Below are positions 42,237 through 51,978 of a DNA stretch of 64,000 nt, piece by piece. The notes beneath the pieces are model-generated. The model was not told where the DNA came from and made no database searches. It saw only the letters and a program-made list of their open reading frames with translations. The translations under genes were made by a program, and so were the position numbers. Source of the stretch: Ruminococcus sp. GTDB taxonomy: Bacteria > Bacillota > Clostridia > Oscillospirales > Acutalibacteraceae. Within the stretch, counting starts at the first letter, position 1; the number at the start of each line of letters is the position of its first letter. The stretch spans positions 6,392 to 70,391 of the forward strand of contig JAFLSJ010000002.1 in assembly GCA_022511005.1 (NCBI GenBank), in the 5' to 3' direction.

Positions 42237-42370
42237 GCCCCCTTGACAATGAGGATGGCACAGCGAAAGCTGTAACGGGAGAGTATATAAAACGGCTTAA
42301 CGGATATTAACCGTTAATTCTTTCTCTCCCTCAGTCAGCTTCGCTGACAGCTCCCTCATCAGAGGGAGCC
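42237..42370. repeat. Inverted pair of double-hairpin REP-like units
   Basis: ctctccctcagtcagcttcgctgacagctccctcatcagagggagcc (42324-42370) and a degenerate inverted copy at 42237-42283. Confidence 0.55.
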
Positions 42371-42433
42371 GAGCAACACCTCGCAATAATATATACTATT
42401 TATAGTATTAATAGATACTTTTTCAACAGTAAG

Positions 42434-42474
42434 AGAGGTTATCAAAGCGATAACCTCTTTTTGGTGCGGATAAC
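42434..42474 (-). other. Orphan tRNA-like 3' end plus hairpin (candidate att scar 1)
   Basis: Minus strand GTTATCCGC-A-CCA followed by aaa and an AGAGGTTATC/GATAACCTCT hairpin; no tRNA body upstream. Confidence 0.45.
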
Positions 42475-42645
42475 ATATCATTATATTAAGAAAACTTAAA
42501 CCTCTCCTGTTACGGTGTGTCGCCTTGGGAAATGTTTACTCAACACTCTCCCTAAAAACTGTCAACATTACTGTTTACTTAACGGTCGCCTTCAAGTTCT
42601 TTTCTAAGATTTCCATCATCATTATCATTACACCACACATATGAC

Positions 42646-42709
42646 AAAAAGCACAGTCATAACTGTGCTTTTTCGACAAGCTGAGCAGAGGGTTTTCACC
42701 CTCTGCTCA
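42646..42709 (-). terminator. Tandem hairpins downstream of the protease gene
   Basis: aaaaagcacagt/actgtgcttttt and tgagcagagggt/accctctgctca. Confidence 0.7.
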
Positions 42710-42727
42710 AATTTTTTACATTATATT

Positions 42728-45700
42728 TCACATTGATTCATTACCAAAGCCGGAAATTAATCTTGCCAAATACAGCTGAATTTGTGTTGCATCTTTTACA
42801 TTTACATCTCTGTCTTGATCAACATCTGCTCTTAACAGCTGTTCTTCTGTTAATGTTTTTAAACGAGCACAATAAAGCTGAATTAATGTTGCATCTTTTA
42901 TGGTTACTTCTCCGTCTAAGTCTACATCACCTAAAATAAATTGTAAATCACCGCAATCGATACATTTTCCGTTTTCATAGTGATGCTCTGTTTTTGGAAT
43001 TACTTCTCCCTGTTCAAGTAATTCTTCACAAACTGAGCAGTATGTATCACCTGTATAACCTTCTTCAGAACAGGTTGCTTCTTTTACATCTCTCAGTTCA
43101 GGAGTATGGTCTGTTTTCGGAATTGCTTTTCCCTGTTCAAGTAGTTCTTCGCAAACTGAGCAGTATGTGTCACCTGTATAGCCTTCTTCAGAACAGGTTG
43201 CTTCTTTTACATTTCTCAGTTCAGGAGTATGGTCTGTTTTCGAAATTGCTTCTCCCTGTTCAAGTAATTCTTCGCAAACTGAGCAGTATGTGTCACCTGT
43301 ATGACCTTCTTCAGAACAGGTTGGTATTTTTGCATTTCTCAGTTGGGGAGTATGGTCTACTAAAGGAATATCCGATACATCCTTTGTTTCGGTAAATTCC
43401 TCACCGTCAAAAGACACTGTTGCGGTATAGGTAGTGGTTCCGTTTTTAGTACAGGTGGAAGGCGTGGTTGCTTTGACAGTGGCATCGACAGTTTTAGTTT
43501 GTGTGTGTTCCAAGGTGCATTTGCGGGTAGCAGTCACGGAATAACCGCTTTCTGTCTTCTGCCAGTCAAACTCCGGCTTACCCCAAACATGGTTGACCGT
43601 CACGGTACAGGTTGCCTTATGCCCGTTGATCTCGGCGGTAACCGTCGCTGTTCCTGCACCGATGGCTTTCAACGTTGCCTTATTGCGGTCGGAGGTGATA
43701 GTGACTACATTGTTCGCCTGCTCGACACTCCACTTAACTGTTGTATGCAGAGCGGTATCAGGAGAAACAGTGGCATTCAGCACTGCGGAATCTCCTTCAT
43801 TCAGAATCAGTTCCGTTTGATCCAGTTCAACATTTTCCGCCGAGATTTCTTCCCACTGAGCGGTATATGTCACATTCTCTGTAACAGTCTTAGACCATTC
43901 AGGATCCCATTTAAGGAATCGATATCCCGGACGGGCGGGTACATTAAAGGAAGGCGTATTTGAACCGTCCTTCAAACCGAAATATACCTTATCTTTAAAA
44001 ACAGTGCCGTTTGCGCCGTCTTTATAGGTGACTGTGTACACAGTTGCATCCTCCGGTACATAACCTACCTGTTTGGCCGCAATACTATATGCGGGTGCAC
44101 TATTACCCTTTTCGGTAACCGTGTAGCTGTTCAGCTTTTGGTTATCATTGGGATCATAGCGTTTGATATCAGAGTTATTGTTATAATCATACAGTCCGTC
44201 AGCGCCATCCGCATACCATGCCGAATCAATACCGCTTTCGCCTTCATTAACCCATTTCGCCGGATCACTTAGGCGTACATCATAGTCTACGCTTCCTCTT
44301 TGAGAGGTGATTACTATATCATCGCCAATGGTCTCCGCCATGTTGCCGTAGATGCGTGCGCCGTCACCCATCTCCAGTTCCTGAGTGCCGGTGCCCCACA
44401 TATATATTCCGCCGCCGGAACCGCTCTTGCTGACATCGGATTGACTAACAGCAATATTATCTGTAATTTCACATCCGTCTACAGTGATCCATCTGCCGGA
44501 AACAGCTCCGTTTGCCGCAGTGTTGCCACTGATAGTACCACCGTTTAGAATCAGATGTGCGGCAGCACTTCCCTCCATAGCGATAGCTCCACCGTTGCCG
44601 GTTACGGTATTGTTTACAATATTGCCGCCGTTGACTGTAAGCGAATCATGGTCGGTAGAAGCGCTGAAATATATTCCGCCGCCGCTGGTGCCTGACAGGG
44701 TGACAGCCTTGCCGGTTCCGCCGGTGATTGTACCCTTCTTTTCCGGATCGCTGTCGTTAATAGTAATATTGAAGCTGTGTGTTACGCCGCCTCTGCCGCC
44801 GGATTCAAACCACATAACCGGACCGTTGCCGGTTCCTTTCACTGTGTGACCATTGAGATCAATTATCAGATTATAATCATAGTCAACAGATCCTTTTGTC
44901 CAGACTTTTCTGACTGATTCTGTGGTATCTGCAAGCAGTGTCACTGTCTGGGGTAAATTATTTCCATATGTGATAAGATCGTGTGCCGCATCGATGGCCT
45001 CCTGCAAGGTGGGATATTCCGCCTTAGTGCTTTCCACACGGGCAACTGCTGTCCCCGAAGCATTTGGACGAACACCATTCTTATCTATAGAAGAAAGCTC
45101 AAGGGCGTTCTCCAGACCTGAATATACGCTATGGGTTGCTTTTTCATCTGCATCTACATCGGTCGCTTTTTCTTCGGTGTCTGCATAGGTCGTTTTTTCG
45201 TTATTAACAGTTTGGTCGGGTTCTTTATCCGGGTCAAAGAAGTAGGAATATTGCACATCACTGTACGGCTCGGGAATTGTTTCTACTTCCTGAGTTATGG
45301 CGGCAATAAATTCCTCCGGTGAGGCGACCTCATTTGCTATCTGGGTTTTATCTGTCTGATTTTCCTCTTTATCGTACTGATACTGGATTACCGCCGGCCA
45401 AACATCTTCGCCAAAATCGGTGTTTGACATAACTCTAAGTGATTTAGGGTCAATCAATTGAACCTTCGCTTTATCTCCCTTGATACGGCTGGTAAGTACC
45501 AGATATTTTGTCTCCTCATCATACCACATAGACGCGGTAGCTTTTCTGGTAACCTGGGAAACACCCTTTAGATTTATACCGGACACAACGCCAAGAAACT
45601 CATATTTGAGAGGATTAGTGGGGAATTCGACATCGTAAAGGGAACCGTCTTCCAGCAGGATATAATAGTGATCTACCAGTCCCGCTCCGTCATCCCGCGC

Positions 45701-48700
45701 GCCTATGTATGCAATGGTTGCCGCAGGCGAACGGAAATTCATAGTCGAACATACAGGATGAGCAGTTTTAGTATCGTACAATGCAATCCAGGTGCCGGTT
45801 TGAGTAATACCCACCACATTACCGTAAGTGAGAACAGTGTGTTTTGGTCTCTGGGCAGCATCCGTCCAAGCATAATCAGTATAAGTAAAATACGGTCCTT
45901 CAGTTACCTGGAAGGTGTCGGGATCAATGGTATAGAGCATACTTCCGTCGTTGGCATATAGCTTGCCGTTGGAAAGTCCTCCGCTATAAAACGAATAGGA
46001 TAACTCCTCATAAACCGATTCCCACTTCTCCGGAGAGGCAACATTGTAATTCACCCAATGGCCTGTCTTGTTGCTGTCATAAATCAATGCAGACATCTGA
46101 ATATCTGGGATTTCTTCTACGGTAATCTCACAGCTGTCCCATACATTCGGGTCTGACGCAACAGTTGCTTTTACGGTTGCAGTACCTGTGCCCACTGCCG
46201 TTACCATGCCGTTTTCTACCGTAACAACCTTGCTGTTTGTAGTAGACCAAGTAATGTCTTTGTCTTTCGCCGTCCATGGTGTGATCAGGGGCTCAAGATC
46301 CTCCTGACCGGTGACGAACATATTCAGCGTATCGGGAAGAATGTTCAGCTCCCTTATTTTATCGGCAGGTGAGAGAGTCGTATCATCGTCCTGTGCAGGT
46401 ACATAGAAGAGACCCCTCACGGAGTAATTCAGGCGGAATTCGCCGCCTTGTTCTGTGGTTACTTGGGTTGCCGCCCGTGTTATCGGATTTATTCGGAACA
46501 AACGGTTGCCTGAATACGAGGTGTTATCGTTATAAGAGCTTGCAAGGTACAATGCATTATTTTCCAAATCGTATGCCATAGAGCCGTATCTGTCACGGAT
46601 TGTTCCGCTTGTAAACGCTTTTCCGGTAATGGTAAGCTGTTCGTTTGCAATCTCGTTTAGATTCCACTGTAGGAACAAAGAGGAGCCGGTATCGGAATAG
46701 GTAATTCCGTAAAAATTTCCTTCCCCGTCGATAGCCATAGAGGTAATACTTGCCGCCGCACCCGTAAGGTCGGAAACGGTGATTTGAGCCAGTCTTTTAG
46801 CATAGCCATTCAACGGATTAATGCTCCATAAAATGTTACCGCTTGTGAGGGCGTAGAGCAGATTATCTTTTGTATTATAGGAAAGGGCATATACCGAATG
46901 TAACCTGAACCGCTCTAAATCCACAAGCTCGGTAAAATTATCAATTTCATTTACCGGCGAAACATAAAGCTTGCTTCCAATAACATGATATATATATTCA
47001 TCTACATATGCGGCTGCGGTAATAGTATCTCCGCCGTGCTGTGCAATAGGCTCCATATTACGGAGTTGACTTTTGTCGGTATCCGTAACTTCCGCATCTA
47101 TTACAGTCCATGCCTTATCATAGGAACCGCCGCCGGAGTGGATATAACCGCCAAGCTTTCCTTCCAGCTTAGGATATTCTCCACCGTAATTAAAGTATAC
47201 CGTATCGGAATTTGTCGCGTAATCGCCGGCGAATACCAAACAGGTGGGGCCGATATCAGCATCCTGTAAATCAAAGGTGTAGGTTACTTCCTCGCCTCTT
47301 TCTGCCTTGGGCACATAGCTTGCATACACCACCGTACCGCTTCGGTTGGACACGCACAGATAAGCAAGATACTGATTATCTTTTACTTTGACGGTGAGAT
47401 TGCCGTTCGTCTCTTTTTTAATGTCAAGTATCTGGGGCTTTTGATCGTCAATATTCAGGGTGGTGGACATATAAGCGCCGTTGCCGAGCTTGTTGCTTTT
47501 AATCAGTTCCTCCAGTTCATCCGCACTAATGTCACCATTGGTTTCGTAATATTCCGGCACGGCTACTGAATTTACCTTGAACACATCTCCGTCATTTAGA
47601 CCCATTTGGGCTGGCGTGCGGTTTAAGGTAATACTCCTGGAATTGACTTGCCACGAAGTCCTGTAACAATATGAGCCGATTATCTGGGTCCTGACGTTAC
47701 CCATGCCGATCCATGTACCGTCTTTCTTAGTCAGGAATATCGCGCCCGCCGCCGCGTTACGGATAAGCGTGGTGGTATAACCGTAGATAGTGTCGGTGCT
47801 TCTTATAGCACCCCGCTCGGTTGGATAACCAATCTCGGGCACAATAGCATAGGGATTTCCCGTATAGATTCGGGTGGATTCGGTCTTTGAATCCACAATG
47901 CTCAGGTAATTTTCATCCCAGATGTTGGCACCAACACCGATGTGAGGAAAGATGTAGGATAAGGCATTGTCTCCGTAAAGTCTGGCTGCATAGCTGGCAC
48001 GGTCATACATTGTGGCATCGCTCCAGTTACCGTAGAAACCGATGAATGGGATGGAATATTCCACATCTTTGATACCTTCATAGTCCGCGATTCCTTTGAT
48101 AAAGGTATAGCCCTCCACATAGGCGCCGTTCTTGTAAGAGGCGTTGAGCTTTTTCTTTTCCTCTTCAGTCAATGTAATCTTGACGCTTACGGTTACCTCA
48201 TCATAGGCACCCACCGTAAAGGCTGTTGCCGGATCAACCGATATATTATTGACCGTATAGGAAATATCGGCGGACATACGGGTGGTTTTCTTATCCAAAA
48301 GGTTCGTAGTGACACCGTTGGAAAGTGTGTCGCTCAGCAAATCCTGAGTAAACAATTCGGTGGAAAGGGCATACTTGTTCTCCTTACCGCTGAAATTTTT
48401 AATGGTGAAGGAGTAGCTGTAACTGCCTTTTCGGTCAGTATCGTCGCCGAACTCTGCCTTGACCTTACCGTCGGCATACTGAGCGGTGGCATCTTTATCC
48501 ATAATGATAAGCGCCTGAGCATTTAAAGCACGCTGAATATTGGCATGACCGGAACCTTGCTGAAGCACCGGATAATAATATCTGCTTTCTTCATCCTTCA
48601 TCGGAACAGAAGTTGACATCAGTAGGTTCTGGGTCAAAAAGCGAGTATCGTAATCGGTCTGAGTAAGCTTGGTGTCTCTTATATACTGGCCCAGCACAGC

Positions 48701-50686
48701 TGCCATACCCGTAACCTGAGGACCTGCCATAGAGGTACCGGACAGGGTCTCATAGGCTTTTCCGTTGCGGTCTGAACCGTCCACAGAATGAATATTACCG
48801 CCCGGTGCGACAACATCCGGCTTGAGAACCAGATTTCCCAAGACACCGAATGCGCTGAAGAAACTCATTGTATAGTATCCGCTTTTTTCTGAGGAATCCA
48901 CGTCCTCTTTGACAGTCAGCTTCCCGAGATAGTATTGAACATTACCGTCTGTGCCTTTGACCGCCTCGGCAGCGTTTTTCAGAAACACGCCGTCTGATTT
49001 GGTCACTGTGAGCACGGGCTTTTTATAATTGTAATCGGAAAGATCAGGATCCAAAGTACCCGTCTCGTTATTTACTATAACAACAGCAACGGCGTCGGTG
49101 GTTGCCACGTTGTTTGCCATTGTAGACAAGGGGATTTCCCCACCTCGCTGGCATACTACAACCCTACCCTTAACAGTATCGCGAAGAGTGTTTAATGTAT
49201 TCGTATCGGCAAGAGCGTCGCCGGGAAGGTATACATACTCTTTCTTGCCGGCAATGGTGGAAAGGGAATCGGCAACAGAGTCCGGAACATTACAGTAGAC
49301 CCTCTGTCCGTCAACCGTGATATAATTTTCGGGCAATTCGTAATTATCCACGGAACCAACCGTAAAAGATGAATTGTAGGATCCGGGACTGCCGCCGGTA
49401 TACATATTCACATCATCTGCAAGCAGATAACCGTTCATCCGACCATAGTCTGCCCATGCGCCGTTGTTGCCTGCTGATGCGACGCAAACTGTACCGCTTG
49501 CTATGAGATTTTCCAGAATATCTGTGTAAAAGCTTGAACGATTAAAATCCGCATTAGGGCTTCCCAGAGAAAGATTGATAGTATCTGCTCCGAGAATGAT
49601 GGCATCCTCGATTGCCACCATATAGTCAGATTCACGGCATTGTCCCATTTTGCCAAATACCTTCATGGTCAAAATCTGAGCATCGGGTGCGACGCCACGA
49701 ACATTGACCGCTTCTAACGCGTCCTCAAACTCGCCCTCCGACTCTTCGGAGGGAATATATGCGTTTGCCGCAGCGATACCAGCCACATGAGAGCCATGTT
49801 CGGTTGCGGCGTCACTATGGTGGTCAATGGTATAATTATGGTCGAAATAGTTGTATGCAAAAGGCAGTTTGCTGGTGAGATAGAGTTTCTTTGCAGTCAC
49901 ATCAGGACCGGCGATATTCAGTTCATCTAAAACACCCTCAATGGTATCCTCTGTCATCAGGTCAAGATCATCTATGTCGATAAGACCTTTTTCTTCCAGT
50001 CGGTGTAGAGAATACTCATATGCATCTGCATCAAAGGATATATGATCGTAATCAATTCCGGTGTCAATGATGGCAATTCGGCTGCCGGCACCGGTGAATC
50101 CGTCAGCATAGGCAAGAGAGGATCCGGTCATTGATGATGAGCCTGCCATATTGGCGTCAACAGTTCCCTCTGTCTCCACAACATCAGGCATATAAACCGT
50201 CTCCACAAATACATCCACAACACCTTCCATTGCCTCGATCTCGTCTATTTTTCCGTATTCCACATTTGCGGAAATTGCATTCGCGGCAAGGGTCAGATTC
50301 CACACTACATCGAGTTCCTCTCCGTCAAGAGCATAGGTCTCTATATTTTGAACCACAATGTCCTGAATTTGCTCCAGATGCTCCCGATATGTCATGGCAT
50401 CAGAATTTGCGGCAATACCGTCCAATTTGTATGGGACAGCCAGCGTGGGAGGATCCTCCAGTACAATGGAGACACGAACCAATTCATCATCGGAATAGGT
50501 CTCCTCTTCCTCGCTCTCAGGAGGGATACTTTCGGGAAGGGTAAAATCCGGTGTGAAATCCGCCGGAGTAAAATTTGAGCTTTCTCCCAAACTTAAAGCA
50601 CCGGCAACCGGTACTTGCATCCCGAAGAGAAGCATGACTGCTAAAAGCATTGCAGTAAAGCGTGCGATCGGTCTTTGTTTGCCCAT
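42728..50686 (-). CDS. Giant secreted S8 (lactocepin/C5a-peptidase-like) serine protease with PA, Ig-like, beta-helix-like and Cys-rich repeat regions and a C-terminal type I dockerin
   Basis: Signal peptide; triad IIDTGID / HGSHVAG / SGTSMAGP; Big_2-like domains; GGGI/GGAI repeats; duplicated GDVDLDGEVTIKDATLIQ...ADVDQDRDVNVKDATQIQ dockerin. Confidence 0.9.
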   Translation of the reverse strand: MGKQRPIARFTAMLLAVMLLFGMQVPVAGALSLGESSNFTPADFTPDFTLPESIPPESEEEETYSDDELVRVSIVLEDPPTLAVPYKLDGIAANSDAMTYREHLEQIQDIVVQNIETYALDGEELDVVWNLTLAANAISANVEYGKIDEIEAMEGVVDVFVETVYMPDVVETEGTVDANMAGSSSMTGSSLAYADGFTGAGSRIAIIDTGIDYDHISFDADAYEYSLHRLEEKGLIDIDDLDLMTEDTIEGVLDELNIAGPDVTAKKLYLTSKLPFAYNYFDHNYTIDHHSDAATEHGSHVAGIAAANAYIPSEESEGEFEDALEAVNVRGVAPDAQILTMKVFGKMGQCRESDYMVAIEDAIILGADTINLSLGSPNADFNRSSFYTDILENLIASGTVCVASAGNNGAWADYGRMNGYLLADDVNMYTGGSPGSYNSSFTVGSVDNYELPENYITVDGQRVYCNVPDSVADSLSTIAGKKEYVYLPGDALADTNTLNTLRDTVKGRVVVCQRGGEIPLSTMANNVATTDAVAVVIVNNETGTLDPDLSDYNYKKPVLTVTKSDGVFLKNAAEAVKGTDGNVQYYLGKLTVKEDVDSSEKSGYYTMSFFSAFGVLGNLVLKPDVVAPGGNIHSVDGSDRNGKAYETLSGTSMAGPQVTGMAAVLGQYIRDTKLTQTDYDTRFLTQNLLMSTSVPMKDEESRYYYPVLQQGSGHANIQRALNAQALIIMDKDATAQYADGKVKAEFGDDTDRKGSYSYSFTIKNFSGKENKYALSTELFTQDLLSDTLSNGVTTNLLDKKTTRMSADISYTVNNISVDPATAFTVGAYDEVTVSVKITLTEEEKKKLNASYKNGAYVEGYTFIKGIADYEGIKDVEYSIPFIGFYGNWSDATMYDRASYAARLYGDNALSYIFPHIGVGANIWDENYLSIVDSKTESTRIYTGNPYAIVPEIGYPTERGAIRSTDTIYGYTTTLIRNAAAGAIFLTKKDGTWIGMGNVRTQIIGSYCYRTSWQVNSRSITLNRTPAQMGLNDGDVFKVNSVAVPEYYETNGDISADELEELIKSNKLGNGAYMSTTLNIDDQKPQILDIKKETNGNLTVKVKDNQYLAYLCVSNRSGTVVYASYVPKAERGEEVTYTFDLQDADIGPTCLVFAGDYATNSDTVYFNYGGEYPKLEGKLGGYIHSGGGSYDKAWTVIDAEVTDTDKSQLRNMEPIAQHGGDTITAAAYVDEYIYHVIGSKLYVSPVNEIDNFTELVDLERFRLHSVYALSYNTKDNLLYALTSGNILWSINPLNGYAKRLAQITVSDLTGAAASITSMAIDGEGNFYGITYSDTGSSLFLQWNLNEIANEQLTITGKAFTSGTIRDRYGSMAYDLENNALYLASSYNDNTSYSGNRLFRINPITRAATQVTTEQGGEFRLNYSVRGLFYVPAQDDDTTLSPADKIRELNILPDTLNMFVTGQEDLEPLITPWTAKDKDITWSTTNSKVVTVENGMVTAVGTGTATVKATVASDPNVWDSCEITVEEIPDIQMSALIYDSNKTGHWVNYNVASPEKWESVYEELSYSFYSGGLSNGKLYANDGSMLYTIDPDTFQVTEGPYFTYTDYAWTDAAQRPKHTVLTYGNVVGITQTGTWIALYDTKTAHPVCSTMNFRSPAATIAYIGARDDGAGLVDHYYILLEDGSLYDVEFPTNPLKYEFLGVVSGINLKGVSQVTRKATASMWYDEETKYLVLTSRIKGDKAKVQLIDPKSLRVMSNTDFGEDVWPAVIQYQYDKEENQTDKTQIANEVASPEEFIAAITQEVETIPEPYSDVQYSYFFDPDKEPDQTVNNEKTTYADTEEKATDVDADEKATHSVYSGLENALELSSIDKNGVRPNASGTAVARVESTKAEYPTLQEAIDAAHDLITYGNNLPQTVTLLADTTESVRKVWTKGSVDYDYNLIIDLNGHTVKGTGNGPVMWFESGGRGGVTHSFNITINDSDPEKKGTITGGTGKAVTLSGTSGGGIYFSASTDHDSLTVNGGNIVNNTVTGNGGAIAMEGSAAAHLILNGGTISGNTAANGAVSGRWITVDGCEITDNIAVSQSDVSKSGSGGGIYMWGTGTQELEMGDGARIYGNMAETIGDDIVITSQRGSVDYDVRLSDPAKWVNEGESGIDSAWYADGADGLYDYNNNSDIKRYDPNDNQKLNSYTVTEKGNSAPAYSIAAKQVGYVPEDATVYTVTYKDGANGTVFKDKVYFGLKDGSNTPSFNVPARPGYRFLKWDPEWSKTVTENVTYTAQWEEISAENVELDQTELILNEGDSAVLNATVSPDTALHTTVKWSVEQANNVVTITSDRNKATLKAIGAGTATVTAEINGHKATCTVTVNHVWGKPEFDWQKTESGYSVTATRKCTLEHTQTKTVDATVKATTPSTCTKNGTTTYTATVSFDGEEFTETKDVSDIPLVDHTPQLRNAKIPTCSEEGHTGDTYCSVCEELLEQGEAISKTDHTPELRNVKEATCSEEGYTGDTYCSVCEELLEQGKAIPKTDHTPELRDVKEATCSEEGYTGDTYCSVCEELLEQGEVIPKTEHHYENGKCIDCGDLQFILGDVDLDGEVTIKDATLIQLYCARLKTLTEEQLLRADVDQDRDVNVKDATQIQLYLARLISGFGNESM
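42988..43358 (-). repeat. Three tandem 123-bp (41-aa) intragenic repeats
   Basis: tgttcaagta recurs at 43011, 43134 and 43257; encodes ATCSEEGYTGDTYCSVCEELLEQG. Confidence 0.95.
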
Positions 50687-50860
50687 AATGTTTCTCCTTT
50701 TAATAATAATTGTTATTAATTTGCCTTACACAAAATGGTATTATATCCATTTAAAATCTATCATAATTTATCGTAAATGTAAAGCGTTTTACATTTAGAA
50801 AAGTTTGGTTTTATGTTTTTTTCAAACTCTGCTTATTGACCACTACATAAGTATAAACAT

Positions 50861-50914
50861 AAAAAGAAACGACAATCTTCTATGGAAAATCGTCGTTTGG
50901 TTTTGGTACGAGTG
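50861..50914 (-). other. Orphan tRNA-like 3' end plus terminator (candidate att scar 2; left border of the element)
   Basis: Minus strand CACTCGT-A-CCA (50914-50904), then an aaacgacgatttt/aagattgtcgttt hairpin and U-tract; mobile-element genes start right after. Confidence 0.6.
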
Positions 50915-51031
50915 TTCATAACGGATTTATAAATATATAGATTTTATCGGCAGTTACACACATTTCTCGCTCGTATATTTGTAAGTTTTTCAATTTCTTC
51001 GTAAAATTAAAGTCAAATCGGAGGATTTAAA

Positions 51032-51340
51032 ATGAAAAACTTTATTACAGAATTATTTTACGGCAATATTGATCCGCAAGCTCGTGGCTTCAAGAAGGAC
51101 AGCTATTTGCAAAAACAAATGTCTATTTTATCTGACTGCGAATCTACTTTGACAGAGAAACTCACAGGAGATGATAAGAAAACCTTTCTTTCATTTGTGA
51201 ATGCTTCAAATATCGTTTTGAGAGAATCGGAGTTAGATGGTTTTATTGTCGGATTTAGGCTCGGCGCAAAATTCGTATACAATACTTTTGTTGATGACAC
51301 AACACCGTATGATGATTTGCTCAAGGAGGACTTTGAATGA
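51032..51340 (+). CDS. Small hypothetical protein (DUF6809-like)
   Basis: ELFYGNIDP..., FIVGFRLGAK motif; RBS GGAGG. Confidence 0.7.
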   Translation: MKNFITELFYGNIDPQARGFKKDSYLQKQMSILSDCESTLTEKLTGDDKKTFLSFVNASNIVLRESELDGFIVGFRLGAKFVYNTFVDDTTPYDDLLKEDFE

Positions 51341-51513
51341 ATAATAAATATCACATAGTATTTAACAGCGATGAACGCCGAATTATGATAAATAGCCTGA
51401 ATAATTTAAGAAATGCTCTTATTTCGAAAGGAAGATATACAGATATGGTTGACGAGCTTATTATCAAAATAGTACAGGCGAAAATAAAAAAGTTCAAAGT
51501 TAAGGAGATATGA
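51337..51513 (+). CDS. 58-aa hypothetical protein typical of Firmicute mobile elements
   Basis: Manual translation MNNKYHIVFNSDERRIMINSLNNLRNALISKGRYTDMVDELIIKIVQAKIKKFKVKEI; AGGAGG RBS; ATGA overlap. Confidence 0.75.
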   Translation: MNNKYHIVFNSDERRIMINSLNNLRNALISKGRYTDMVDELIIKIVQAKIKKFKVKEI

Positions 51514-51516
51514 ATT

Positions 51517-51867
51517 ATGAATATTACATACACAATGCAGGGTGACTACCATTTGCCCGATTTAGCACTTCCCGAACAGGATAACCGACCAATAGGTGTT
51601 TGGGGACAACGACATAAAAATTATCTGTTACACCATCACAAAATTAGGTATTATAATCTGCTCACAAGTTGTAAACTCGCTGAGTATCTTGCTAATATCA
51701 ATGAGCAAGCAGAAGAATTATATGAAAGTATCGTAAACCAACTTACTCAACAAGAAGGCGTAACCGAACATCTAAAAGTCAATAATCCTATGCTTTGGGT
51801 ACAGCGTATGAATAACATTCGCAATCGTGCAACAAAAATGGTGAACGCTCAAATTATATTAAGTTAA
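51517..51867 (+). CDS. tnpV: Transposon-encoded TnpV family protein
   Basis: ITY...GDY.LPDL, IGVWG..H..YL, EGVTE.LK....WVQRMNNIR. Confidence 0.88.
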   Translation: MNITYTMQGDYHLPDLALPEQDNRPIGVWGQRHKNYLLHHHKIRYYNLLTSCKLAEYLANINEQAEELYESIVNQLTQQEGVTEHLKVNNPMLWVQRMNNIRNRATKMVNAQIILS

Positions 51868-51881
51868 AAAGCCCATCGTTT

Positions 51882-51946
51882 ATAAGTAAAACTTATCATT
51901 AACCCTTGTAACTCAGATTGATGCGTTACAAGGGTTTTGTTATACT
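51882..51946 (+). promoter_or_regulatory. LysR box plus promoter P1 (SDR-CMD operon), embedded in a 36-bp palindrome
   Basis: ATAAGtaaaaCTTAT, 21 nt, TTGATG, 17 nt, TATACT. Confidence 0.8.
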
Positions 51947-51978
51947 ATAATCAAATAATTAATTATGGAGGTAATATT

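Noticed and set aside
42500-42640. Possible minus-strand gene or transposase remnant
   Set aside because: Only very short open frames and no recognisable motif
42988-43358. CRISPR or DGR template/variable repeats
   Set aside because: In-frame coding tandem repeats with no spacers, no evident adenine-specific variation and no reverse transcriptase in the window
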